Below the pieces are notes generated by a model. It ran no database searches, was not told where the DNA came from, and saw nothing but the letters and a program-made list of their open reading frames with translations. This document shows positions 55,886 to 64,000 of a stretch of DNA of 64,000 nt, one piece after another. Every line of letters starts with the position of its first letter. Positions within the stretch are counted from its first letter, which is position 1. Source of the DNA: a virus (taxonomy: Duplodnaviria; Caudoviricetes); IMG/VR virus record IMGVR_UViG_3300044641_005618; one strand, 5' to 3'. Made by a program: the position numbers and the translations under genes.

Positions 55886-57369
55886 ACACGTTTTTTACCC
55901 TTCTTTTCGCCTTCTTCAGCGGGTTCTAAGTCATTCCCGAACACTGAGTCGTAAAGGTTTCCGTCCTCTTCAGGGTTGTACGTGGTTTGCTCACCGGATG
56001 GTTCTTCCTCCGGCTTTGGCTCGTTGTCACCCTCTGAAATTTCTTCAGGGTACTCTCCGTCAGCACCAAAAATAGACCCGTAGAGATCCTCGTCTTCGTC
56101 TGGGTTGAACGTGGTATTCCCCTCTTCCTCTTTCGTCGTGAACTCAGGTGCTTCGTCTTCAAGCTCAATACGAAAATGCCTCCCAACCCACTCCCTACGC
56201 GGTTTGTACCCCTTGTCGATAAGGGCTCCCAGGTCGGTGGCATTGAGGGAAGACTCCTCAATTCGAAACTCCCTTGTGAGGCTTGGCGCTGCAACGTCTA
56301 CACCGAAGTTAAGGTCTACAATCCATCGTACCAGAGTGCGAGTTAAAGTGTGAGAGATCGCTTCGGAAATTTCCGCTGCCTTCACAACTCGAACAACGTT
56401 TGCAACCTGTGAAGAAGCTCTGGATCCAGACTCAGCTTGCCCAGCCTCGTTTTCCCCGCAAAGTATGAGGCTAATTTCCTTGTCGATATAGTCAATCAGT
56501 CCCTTAAACACATCCGGAGTTCCGCTCGGGTTGACAAACTCAAGCTTGTACCCTTCCGGCAAAATTAGCGCAGTTTCCTGAGATAAGTTTGAGATGTGGT
56601 CATAGATCGTGTCAATTTCGGCAGAAGACGCGCTCAAGGGTGCAGTCGCAACAGCTGTGGGTGTCGCATACCGGTCCCCGTAAAGAACGTAGGACTCAAG
56701 GGCTCTTCTTCGGAATTTCACCAGGGGGTAAAGAACTCGCCCTAGCGAAGTTCCGTATGGGTCCCCGTTGTGCTGAGTCCAGTAGCGATTTACGACGAAT
56801 TTTCGAGCAGGGAGCTCAACCCCCTCAAACATACGATTGAAGGTTAAGCACCTCATTGTGAAGCCCGTTTGTGAGTCTTCCGCTTCTTGGAAAACAAATC
56901 GGCGCTGGTCTCTAATTCTTATGTCAAAGGGTATTACCCCGCGTTTTGATTTCTTCCACATTATTTCGCCAACACTAAACCCCACGATAAGGGCTTCAGC
57001 AAGTCCCTTATATATCTCGTCTAAGGGTAATTCTTCGAGGATTTCTGCTACGAAGTCCCTTACTGCAGTATCGCCAGGCTTTGAGCTGTATTCCTCAACG
57101 TACCACGGTCTCGATACAACCTCTTGAACTAACTTTGAGAACGAACTTTGTACGTGCTCGTCAAAGAAAAGCCGCTGATAGACGGAAAGCGCACGGTTCC
57201 CTCCCTTCTGGATGAGAAGGTCGTCACTTGGTCGAACGATGCTATTTCCGGATCCAGTAAAGGGAGAAGAGCTCCCAAACATGTAAATACTGGATAAGTT
57301 ATAAGGGTCGCTCGTATAACTTGAGATCTCCCCCTTCGGTACCGGAGCTGTCTTGAACCTATTTGCCAA
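55882..57369 (-). CDS. Portal protein (Mu gp29/DUF935-like)
   Basis: VGEIMW, RDQRRF, NGDPYGTSLGR.LY, DRYATP, IDYIDKEIS..LCGE. Confidence 0.88.
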   Translation of the reverse strand: MANRFKTAPVPKGEISSYTSDPYNLSSIYMFGSSSPFTGSGNSIVRPSDDLLIQKGGNRALSVYQRLFFDEHVQSSFSKLVQEVVSRPWYVEEYSSKPGDTAVRDFVAEILEELPLDEIYKGLAEALIVGFSVGEIMWKKSKRGVIPFDIRIRDQRRFVFQEAEDSQTGFTMRCLTFNRMFEGVELPARKFVVNRYWTQHNGDPYGTSLGRVLYPLVKFRRRALESYVLYGDRYATPTAVATAPLSASSAEIDTIYDHISNLSQETALILPEGYKLEFVNPSGTPDVFKGLIDYIDKEISLILCGENEAGQAESGSRASSQVANVVRVVKAAEISEAISHTLTRTLVRWIVDLNFGVDVAAPSLTREFRIEESSLNATDLGALIDKGYKPRREWVGRHFRIELEDEAPEFTTKEEEGNTTFNPDEDEDLYGSIFGADGEYPEEISEGDNEPKPEEEPSGEQTTYNPEEDGNLYDSVFGNDLEPAEEGEKKGKKRV

Positions 57370-57430
57370 AGTTACCTCTTTTCACACGCGTTTGGTTTCG
57401 GCATTTATTTCCTGTATAGGTTTTACCCGC

Positions 57431-57808
57431 TTAGTTTCCGAGGGAGAATTCAAGCGGCGGTTGAGGTATCCCGTTGACTTGATAAATTATGTACACTTTG
57501 TATATTCCGTCCTCTCCCGAGGTGATCCAGTCCCCTTTCACGACGAGGGACGACAACCCGGACACATGGGTTTGTATCGAATTTTGAAACTCTGAGTTAA
57601 TTTGTCCGGGGTCGATTATGTCGAGAGTGTGGTCTCCGACGCCGTAGTCCGCCCTCATTACTCGCTCAAAGAACCTCGTTTCAACGACACTTCGAATTTC
57701 CTGCGTCTTCAAGTCATAGTCCGTACTTGTGGCTAAGTTTCCATTCAGCACCCTTAGCGGGTAAGACAAACCTCGCACCGTTGTCGATAAAGTTTGTGGT
57801 ACCGTCAT
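57431..57808 (-). CDS. Baseplate wedge protein (GPW/gp25 family)
   Basis: GLSYPL...IRSVVETRFFERVMRADYG motif. Confidence 0.85.
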   Translation of the reverse strand: MTVPQTLSTTVRGLSYPLRVLNGNLATSTDYDLKTQEIRSVVETRFFERVMRADYGVGDHTLDIIDPGQINSEFQNSIQTHVSGLSSLVVKGDWITSGEDGIYKVYIIYQVNGIPQPPLEFSLGN

Positions 57809-58086
57809 CGTATTAGCCTCAAGAGTTGTGCTTCCAACTTCCGCACTCGCTTATTCACCTCGTCTTTCGGTAGGGAGCTTTGCATAAGCTTTTGAATTTC
57901 TGCTCGTAAGTCCCCGTTACCCATCGAAGGGTACAGGGATGGCTCTACGAAAACTTGCTCTCCGTTAAGTAAAGAAACACAGAGTGCCTCAATTGAGACA
58001 CCCTGCTGTTTTGCTTTTCTTGTAAGTGAGAAGAAGAGTGAGTCAGGAATCTGTAGATTTACTTCCTTGTCTGTTAACTCACTCAT
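57805..58086 (-). CDS. Ribbon-helix-helix DNA-binding protein
   Basis: VNLQIPDSLFFSLTRKAKQQGVSIEALCVSLL fits the CopG/Arc pattern. Confidence 0.65.
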   Translation of the reverse strand: MSELTDKEVNLQIPDSLFFSLTRKAKQQGVSIEALCVSLLNGEQVFVEPSLYPSMGNGDLRAEIQKLMQSSLPKDEVNKRVRKLEAQLLRLIR

Positions 58087-58089
58087 TTT

Positions 58090-61000
58090 TCAACCTAGGC
58101 CCTGAGAATCAAGTTCTCTGTTCATTTGGCCAACAGAGACGCGAATAAGATCAACCTCGATTCTTTCCAGTGTTGGTACGGGGGTGTCAAACACCTTCAC
58201 AAACACAACACCGTTCTCGAGGTTTCCCCCGCTGTTAATGCGCTCGTCACAAATCACTTGGAATGCGTCCGAGGGTCTCGCACCGAAGAGTGCACCGGAA
58301 AGGTAAAGCTGACTCAGAACACTATTCCCAATGGAAACAATTTGGTTGAACACAATACCAAACCCGTCAACAACCGAGAAGATCTGGTTGTCGAAAGCAT
58401 TACGAAGGGATCCATAAACCACGTTCTGAATCACACGAGTGTTCACAAATTGGAACTTACGCTGATCAGCGACGGCTTTGTTAATTCGAGTGCGACCGCC
58501 CCAGACGAACACCGCAGTGTTGGGGTACCCTGGCAAGGAACGAAGAACGTTACAACCATCTGGGTTAAGCAAGTTTTGCTGAGCCGAGTTCACAGAAATT
58601 TGAACGCCAGCAGCGTCTGCGAGTTGGTACTTGGTACCTGCAGGGGGGAACTGGAACCCTTCGGAGCGGTAACGGCGAGCTGCGATCCCGGTCACATACG
58701 GAGAGGGGGGAACAAATTGTCCTGCCGAGTTCTCCACGTATGGGCCGTAGAAAGCAATGAAGCCGAAGGCATTGAAGTAGCGCTGGCTGTCCTCGAATAG
58801 TCTGTTGACATTGTCAACACCCGCTTCCACAAACACAGCTTGGGGTTCGCCTGCAAATCCAACACCACGAAGTGCTTCGTCGATAATTTCGGTAGACGTG
58901 ATGGTCTCGAATCTCCACAGATTTGTGCTTGGTGTTTGTTCAGGAGTGAGAGCAAATTCAACTTGTGAACCGTAACAAACAGTGGAAACTGTGCTCAAGT
59001 CACCGCCAAGGGTGTTCGCCGGCACAACAACCCAACTGTAGGATGAGCCGTCAAATGTAACCGCCAACCTGTCCCCGACAACGACTCGTGTAACTCCGTC
59101 AGGAGCAACGGAGTTCGCCGGTGCAACCGTAACGTTAAAATAAACTCCGCTCAATTTTGAGAGAGCTGCTTGAATTGCAACTCCAGTGCTGTCAACGAGG
59201 AGACCACAAGCGGTGACGTATGGCGTCACAGAAACAAGCTTTCCGAGGACAACAGTGGTACTTGCGCTGAAGTTTCCTCCGAAAATCGGATCGATCACAG
59301 GGACGATGTGTGCTTCCGAGGAGAAGTTTTGGTCCACAGTGGGGGTGCAAAGAAAGTTCTCAACACTCGTTGAGGTCTCCCCAGGCCCCACAAGTTCTAA
59401 AGAGGGTAACCACCCCGCGTTAGCAGTTTCACCGTACGGGTAGACGTGCTCCGACCCAATAACTAAAGGACTTGAGTTCAGGTACAGGGATACAGTTGGA
59501 TCGTCGTTCGCCGTGAGCAAGTTGTGATCGTACGCACGGTCTGCGATTGTACCCGAAGCCAGTCCGTACTTTCTCCCTCGAACCAACGGAACAACGCTCA
59601 ACTCCGAGAGGTTTACAGTAGTTAACCCGCCGCCTAGGACCGAAGTGTACAGGATGGTGGGACTCGTGGAAATGCTTACCATCCCAACAGGATAGGGAAC
59701 GTAAGAACCTGCAAGGTAGTTGGAGCTAGAAGTTGCAAGTACAAACTTATCGGGGTCAATTACCTTAACATAATAAGCTTGTAGATTGTTTCTAACTGTT
59801 GCCTTAAAGAGGGTTGCAGTGCCTGCCAGAATGGGCTTAGTAAAGAAAAGTTTCTGTCCGTTAACTAATTTGTGAGATGTTACTCCGAAGGAAGCGGCAC
59901 CGGTGTATCCTGGGACAGTGCTTGAGGAAAGCACAGTTGAGGGGTTGAATAGTGAGCGGCTTACAAAGGATAGGCGGTAGTCATCGGTGGTGTTCTGTAA
60001 GCTTCCAGGTAAGTGGAGAGTGTTCACAAAAGCAGGAGCACCAGTCAGATTGTGAATCAAGTTTGAGGTCTGACCCTCAATAGTTACAGGTAAATCCCAC
60101 TGGGGTGTGGTATAAGTCGCTTGAGCTGTACTTGAAGTTGGGGATGCAACACTGAATGCTCCGGAGGGAGTTAGAGGTGCGTTTAATGCAGCACTGGTAC
60201 CCCCCAAGGCTGTAACTTCAGCCAGAATTGACACAGCTTGAGTAGAAGTTTGTGCGATATAAACGTATTGTACTTGTCCGTCTGATGGGTACGTTCCGTA
60301 TTGGGCACTGGAAAGTGGGGGTGCCACGAAGTACACCTCAGTTGAGGTTTCTCCAAGTGGAAGTAGGGGCAGAAAATCCGCGCCAAGGCCACTCAATGTT
60401 ACTCGTTGAATCTGGTAGTCTACCGGCCAAACTGTGCTTGACCCCAGGGCGAAGACTCCCCGGTTGGCTAGAGAGGCAGAGGATGTGACTGTGAACTTGG
60501 CTAAGTCCAGGAGGCCAACAGTTTCGCCCTCCGCTACTCCCTCCACTGACGACTGAACAGCAACCTTAGGGTCGTAGCCGGGAACTAGGGTCTGGTGTTT
60601 TAGACGGTCGTATGTTACTTCTTCACCCTTCCACTGATAGATGGCGTTATCAACCAGGTATAGGTTGTCGGTTACAAGGTCTTCTGCGGGCTGATGCGGA
60701 GTGTATTCTTTGTACTTGTTTACGTCGGTAACAAGGAAGGAGCCTGGGTCTGCTGCGGCCATCCACTTAAAGTTGTTGTCCTGGCAGTGTGCGGCAGCTG
60801 CTGCTCCAACTAGGGACCGGCCTTCGGCGTCGAATTGAGCGTACGCGGTGGGAGTTACAAGGTACCCTTGGTTTGCTTGTCCGTCAAAGGCAGTGTTAAT
60901 ACACTGAACGTAATCCTGAGGAACTCGCTCAAGATTGTTTTGAAGGCCAACGACATTTTGAATACTGTACGCGGTCTGCATTAAGACCTTTTGCGCTCCA

Positions 61001-61743
61001 ACTGGCAGTTGCTCGGTTACTACGGAAACACTCCCGTCGTAGGTGGCTGCTGCAATTGTTACGTAGCCGCTTTCCGAGTTTGAGGAAGGGAGCAAATCGT
61101 TTGCGAGGCCCGAGTCACGAACGAATATGGCACTGCTTACACTTGGGTTACTTTGAATAGCTGCGGCGATTGAGCTTGAAATTGCGGCAGAAATTTTGCG
61201 GTTATTGACCTTGTCACCGGAAATGTAATCAACAGGAATTACTGTTGGCACGCCGAGCCATTCCCCTTCGGATGTGTATCCGTTTGAGCCGTCTCCAGCA
61301 ACAAGCTTCAATCCGTTTAAGATAAGCTGTGCATAAACTACGTCGCCAGCTTTAAGGGTAGATGGAAGGCCAGTGCTACTAATCTTGGAGCCCGACGGAA
61401 GAATCTCTATTTCTACAATCTGGTTTGGAGTTCCAACACGAACGACTCGAAGATCACCAACTTGCGCATTCAAAAAGAATGCATTCACACAGTTGTAGCT
61501 AAGGAGGGGAATACGAGTTTCGGGAACTTTCCCTACCAAGGCTTTGTAGTCGGTTAGTGAAGATACTGGAACTGGTGTGTTGAAAGGGAAACGTGCGACA
61601 GTGACGTCTTCCTCAGTTTCAACCAACATGTAAGTTGTGTTGAACGAGGCAATACCGGTGGAAGCTACATTTCCAACACGCTCGTTGATATATGTACCTG
61701 GTGCTCCGGGGACGATACCGGTGCCGAAAGAAAAAGTTGCCAT
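58090..61743 (-). CDS. Tail sheath protein with large insertion (1217 aa)
   Basis: N-terminal APGTYINE; C-terminal AFYGPY...VPPSPYVTG, VWGGRT, FVNTRVI, PVPTLERI. Start placed at ATG 61743. Confidence 0.92.
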   Translation of the reverse strand: MATFSFGTGIVPGAPGTYINERVGNVASTGIASFNTTYMLVETEEDVTVARFPFNTPVPVSSLTDYKALVGKVPETRIPLLSYNCVNAFFLNAQVGDLRVVRVGTPNQIVEIEILPSGSKISSTGLPSTLKAGDVVYAQLILNGLKLVAGDGSNGYTSEGEWLGVPTVIPVDYISGDKVNNRKISAAISSSIAAAIQSNPSVSSAIFVRDSGLANDLLPSSNSESGYVTIAAATYDGSVSVVTEQLPVGAQKVLMQTAYSIQNVVGLQNNLERVPQDYVQCINTAFDGQANQGYLVTPTAYAQFDAEGRSLVGAAAAAHCQDNNFKWMAAADPGSFLVTDVNKYKEYTPHQPAEDLVTDNLYLVDNAIYQWKGEEVTYDRLKHQTLVPGYDPKVAVQSSVEGVAEGETVGLLDLAKFTVTSSASLANRGVFALGSSTVWPVDYQIQRVTLSGLGADFLPLLPLGETSTEVYFVAPPLSSAQYGTYPSDGQVQYVYIAQTSTQAVSILAEVTALGGTSAALNAPLTPSGAFSVASPTSSTAQATYTTPQWDLPVTIEGQTSNLIHNLTGAPAFVNTLHLPGSLQNTTDDYRLSFVSRSLFNPSTVLSSSTVPGYTGAASFGVTSHKLVNGQKLFFTKPILAGTATLFKATVRNNLQAYYVKVIDPDKFVLATSSSNYLAGSYVPYPVGMVSISTSPTILYTSVLGGGLTTVNLSELSVVPLVRGRKYGLASGTIADRAYDHNLLTANDDPTVSLYLNSSPLVIGSEHVYPYGETANAGWLPSLELVGPGETSTSVENFLCTPTVDQNFSSEAHIVPVIDPIFGGNFSASTTVVLGKLVSVTPYVTACGLLVDSTGVAIQAALSKLSGVYFNVTVAPANSVAPDGVTRVVVGDRLAVTFDGSSYSWVVVPANTLGGDLSTVSTVCYGSQVEFALTPEQTPSTNLWRFETITSTEIIDEALRGVGFAGEPQAVFVEAGVDNVNRLFEDSQRYFNAFGFIAFYGPYVENSAGQFVPPSPYVTGIAARRYRSEGFQFPPAGTKYQLADAAGVQISVNSAQQNLLNPDGCNVLRSLPGYPNTAVFVWGGRTRINKAVADQRKFQFVNTRVIQNVVYGSLRNAFDNQIFSVVDGFGIVFNQIVSIGNSVLSQLYLSGALFGARPSDAFQVICDERINSGGNLENGVVFVKVFDTPVPTLERIEVDLIRVSVGQMNRELDSQGLG

Positions 61744-61841
61744 TTGGGTAGATTCCTCCTTTTCCTTACCTTTGTGCCGGCGAGGATAAGTCCGGCGGTG
61801 GTGCCCGTAGGCCAAAGGTTTAGGGTGTATACCTAGAGGTT

Positions 61842-62204
61842 TTACCCTACCTGTCCGGTAACAACTTCGGAGCTATCGAGTGACCACCCGTTCAACCTGC
61901 TCACTTCACGAAGGGCGGACCGATTGTAGGATGACAAGGACAAAAAGTATTCTGCTTCGCTTGAAAAGGGGTAGAAGTCCAAGGATGTCTGCCCTGAACT
62001 TCTACCGAATATTGGGGACTGCTGTGATGCCCCTGACCCTGCTGTGTTTGCCCCCTCTTGAAGAACTGTCCCTGGAGGGGGAAGCTCAACGACAGACCAC
62101 TTGGGGTTGTAGTTTAGAACTTCTCGGTAAGCCAAGGAGTCCGAGTGAAACCCGTACCCTAGCTTTCTCCAGGTCATTCCAGGTTGGAAGACAAATGATT
62201 TCAC
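61842..62204 (-). CDS. Tail X / LysM-like baseplate protein
   Basis: QPGMTWRKLGY...YREVLNYNP...PPPGTVL. Confidence 0.65.
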   Translation of the reverse strand: MKSFVFQPGMTWRKLGYGFHSDSLAYREVLNYNPKWSVVELPPPGTVLQEGANTAGSGASQQSPIFGRSSGQTSLDFYPFSSEAEYFLSLSSYNRSALREVSRLNGWSLDSSEVVTGQVG

Positions 62205-62206
62205 GA

Positions 62207-62620
62207 TTAAGCAGACCTACGTGCGCGGGCCATGAGAGCCGCACCAGCTTCGGTTCCACGTGTGAGTTGGAAACCCTCCTGACTTGCAATCTCTTTAACT
62301 TCCTTTTGAAGCTGTGCCGACGGGATGAAAGGGTCTACTTCACCGTCTAGTCTTTTTGAGAGCTTTTCTTGTACGGAAGCTTCAATGGACTCCTTGCTCT
62401 GCTTTTCTTTCAACGCAGTTGTTTCAGATGTCTTAAGCTCCACCGTGGCGGGCTCTTGCGACGGTTTCTCAACCTTGTCCTCAACGGTTGAATCGGCGTT
62501 GTTCCCCTCGGCAGGTGCAACTTCGCTCTTGTCTTCGACCCACGCCTCGTCTACGTCCGGCGTTGCGGGGTTGTCTCCAAGAAATTGTCCCTTGTCGTCC
62601 TTAGCTCTTGTCTTTGTCAT
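62207..62620 (-). CDS. Hypothetical protein (137 aa)
   Basis: RAKDDKGQFLGDNPATPDVDEAW N-terminus followed by an acidic linker. Confidence 0.7.
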   Translation of the reverse strand: MTKTRAKDDKGQFLGDNPATPDVDEAWVEDKSEVAPAEGNNADSTVEDKVEKPSQEPATVELKTSETTALKEKQSKESIEASVQEKLSKRLDGEVDPFIPSAQLQKEVKEIASQEGFQLTRGTEAGAALMARARRSA

Positions 62621-62629
62621 GGTGATGAG

Positions 62630-63040
62630 TTAATTGAGAATGTGTTTCCAGGCGATTCCTGAAAGTTTTTCGAGAGATGACTTAGGCACCCCCATCCACG
62701 GCCTTGCAGCCATGTTTTTTGTACCAAACTGGTGGTAGGGTCCTACACTAGTCGTAAGGACCGCAAAGCGATCGTTTTTAAGGTAAGATAAGACTTTTGC
62801 AGTATCCTGCATCTTTCCTGTTACCCTGAGAATTGGGAGATCGCCGTACTGCTTTCTCTTCCAAGCACGGTACTGTGTTGTAAGTGGGCGCCAGGCTCGA
62901 CCGTTCGTGTCAGTCTGGTTTTTCCAGTACGGTTTGTTTTCGTTTAGGAGTACAGGGGCCCACTCTAACTTCGTGGGTTCCCACCAATTTGGGTTGAATG
63001 GCTCACCCTTGAAAGGTGTTCTTAGGTTAAACTTGAACAT
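62630..63040 (-). CDS. Virion morphogenesis protein (Mu gpG-like)
   Basis: WRPL...ILRVTGKM...YHQFGT.NM.ARPWMG. Confidence 0.85.
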   Translation of the reverse strand: MFKFNLRTPFKGEPFNPNWWEPTKLEWAPVLLNENKPYWKNQTDTNGRAWRPLTTQYRAWKRKQYGDLPILRVTGKMQDTAKVLSYLKNDRFAVLTTSVGPYHQFGTKNMAARPWMGVPKSSLEKLSGIAWKHILN

Positions 63041-63465
63041 TAGCGGCCTGCTCTCCTTGACTTTTTGATCTCGTCTTGCTGCTGCTCAGCAACTTTCTGA
63101 TTTATTTCAATCATGCGCTTTATTCGTGACATCGGTTGAGCTTCAAGCCAGTCGATTCCGCTGTCCCAGCGTTGCTTGTTCAGGTGGAACGAAATCTCCA
63201 TCCAACTTTCCGGAGTGAGAATACTCTCGTTGAGAATATTATCAGTGACCCACTTGTAGAGGGCTCGAAAGTTGGTGGAGGATAAAGTCTCAAGACTTTC
63301 AGGGTTCTTTATTAACCTGACAAGTAGTCCCATGGCACTTAAACCCTTATCTTGTAGAACTCTAGCGAAGATAAAGTCTTTCGGGACAATGTCCCGAACA
63401 TGGACTGCCTTGTTTCGCCCTACCGATACTAAAAAGGAAAAGTCTTCGAGTTCTTCAACGGTTAT
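63040..63465 (-). CDS. Tail assembly chaperone C-terminal extension (-1 frameshift product)
   Basis: The frame is open from ATA at 63465 (ITVEELEDFSF...HVRDIVPKDF...), upstream of the tracked ATG 63333, and is in the -1 frame of the chaperone. Confidence 0.7.
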   Translation of the reverse strand: MTVEELEDFSFLVSVGRNKAVHVRDIVPKDFIFARVLQDKGLSAMGLLVRLIKNPESLETLSSTNFRALYKWVTDNILNESILTPESWMEISFHLNKQRWDSGIDWLEAQPMSRIKRMIEINQKVAEQQQDEIKKSRRAGR

Positions 63466-63785
63466 TTTGGGTCTTTCTTTCCTTCTTCGGACCCGTTAGC
63501 CTGTTTAATCAACCCGACTACAACCTTCAGGTCTCGAGCACCCATGTCTGCAACTTCGTCAAAGGACACTTTTTCAGGCCCCACGTTTAGTCGTTCAACA
63601 AGGTGAAAGCTCTGCCGTGTCTCCCCGAGTGCCGACAATTCGTCCTCGATATAGAGCAGGTCTCGTCCAGTCATTTCACGAACTGTGATCTGTCTTCCGT
63701 CCGACAAGGCTCCGCTAAAGGTTAGAAGATCGTGACGGGTGTTTGGTTCTGCGGGTGGGTTTGGTTCTGTAGCTACAGTTCGCAT
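63462..63785 (-). CDS. Tail assembly chaperone
   Basis: ITVREMTGRDLL...VSFDEVADMGARDL pattern; GGGTAAA at 63814-63820. Confidence 0.75.
   Translation of the reverse strand: MRTVATEPNPPAEPNTRHDLLTFSGALSDGRQITVREMTGRDLLYIEDELSALGETRQSFHLVERLNVGPEKVSFDEVADMGARDLKVVVGLIKQANGSEEGKKDPK
63465..63471 (-). promoter_or_regulatory. -1 ribosomal frameshift slippery site C CCA AAA
   Basis: X XXY YYZ heptamer immediately before the chaperone stop codon. Confidence 0.7.
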
Positions 63786-63800
63786 GGTGATGTTGTATCT

Positions 63801-63998
63801 TTACCGCTCTAGTTTTACCCTAGCTTCTAAGAGCCTTTCCTCAATGAAAAAATCCCCCTGCCCAGGGGGGAGGGAGAGATAAAGCTTATTTGCGACTTCC
63901 CAACTTTTCTTCGCACTTTCCCTGTCACCTAGTTCCAGGCGATCGTAAATGTCCTCGATCCAACTCTCTGTGACTTCTTTCCTAAAGTCGGGGTCTAG
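63801..63998 (-). CDS. Hypothetical protein, 3' part (runs off window end)
   Basis: Hand translation LDPDFRKEVTESWIEDIYDRLELG...EARVKLER*. Confidence 0.6.
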   Translation of the reverse strand, partial: LDPDFRKEVTESWIEDIYDRLELGDRESAKKSWEVANKLYLSLPPGQGDFFIEERLLEARVKLER

Positions 63999-64000
63999 GG

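Larger units (their letters stand above)
1811..63820. promoter_or_regulatory. Dispersed GGGTAAA motif (putative late promoter), about 20 copies
   Basis: Sense-strand GGGTAAA upstream of genes at 1811, 4043, 7786(+), 17509, 22333, 24265, 26598, 27799, 28197, 29518, ~30311, 30992, 38244, 38950, 41273, 47968, 52518, 57422, 61841 and 63814. Confidence 0.75.

Noticed and set aside
61744-61815. N-terminal extension of the sheath ORF
   Set aside because: Lies in a structured leader; a purine-rich RBS precedes ATG 61743.
1-64000. tRNA, rRNA, integrase or transposase
   Set aside because: None recognised by eye. Mu-like head genes do not by themselves imply transposition. tRNAscan-SE would be needed to exclude tRNAs formally.

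Overview
The window is a slice of a large tailed (contractile-tail, myovirus-type) bacteriophage genome, almost all coded on the minus strand. It carries a Mu-like head module (portal, prohead protease/scaffold, gpF-like protein, decoration protein, major capsid protein), tail parts (sheath, tube, baseplate J, gp25, spike-like hub, tape measure, chaperone pair, large fibres), terminase genes, phoH, a small DNA-metabolism block (5'-3' exonuclease, thyX, DEDDh exonuclease) and a cluster of small unknown genes. A cyanobacterial host is only an inference from fibre and SwmB-like domain resemblance. The main result is that the major capsid gene (48496..51793) is split by six group I introns into seven exons (9, 27, 39, 18, 188, 22 and 753 nt) that join by hand into one 351-aa frame. 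The introns are mosaics of each other, and only one carries an HNH homing endonuclease. Other notable items: two Ser/Thr-kinase-like genes each coupled to a paralogous ~50-aa gene missed by the ORF track; two tandem terminase large subunit paralogues; a GGGTAAA motif upstream of about 20 genes (probable late promoter); a -1 frameshift site in the tail chaperone; and an exact 171-bp duplicated leader. All calls come from motif recognition by eye. No database search or folding program was run.
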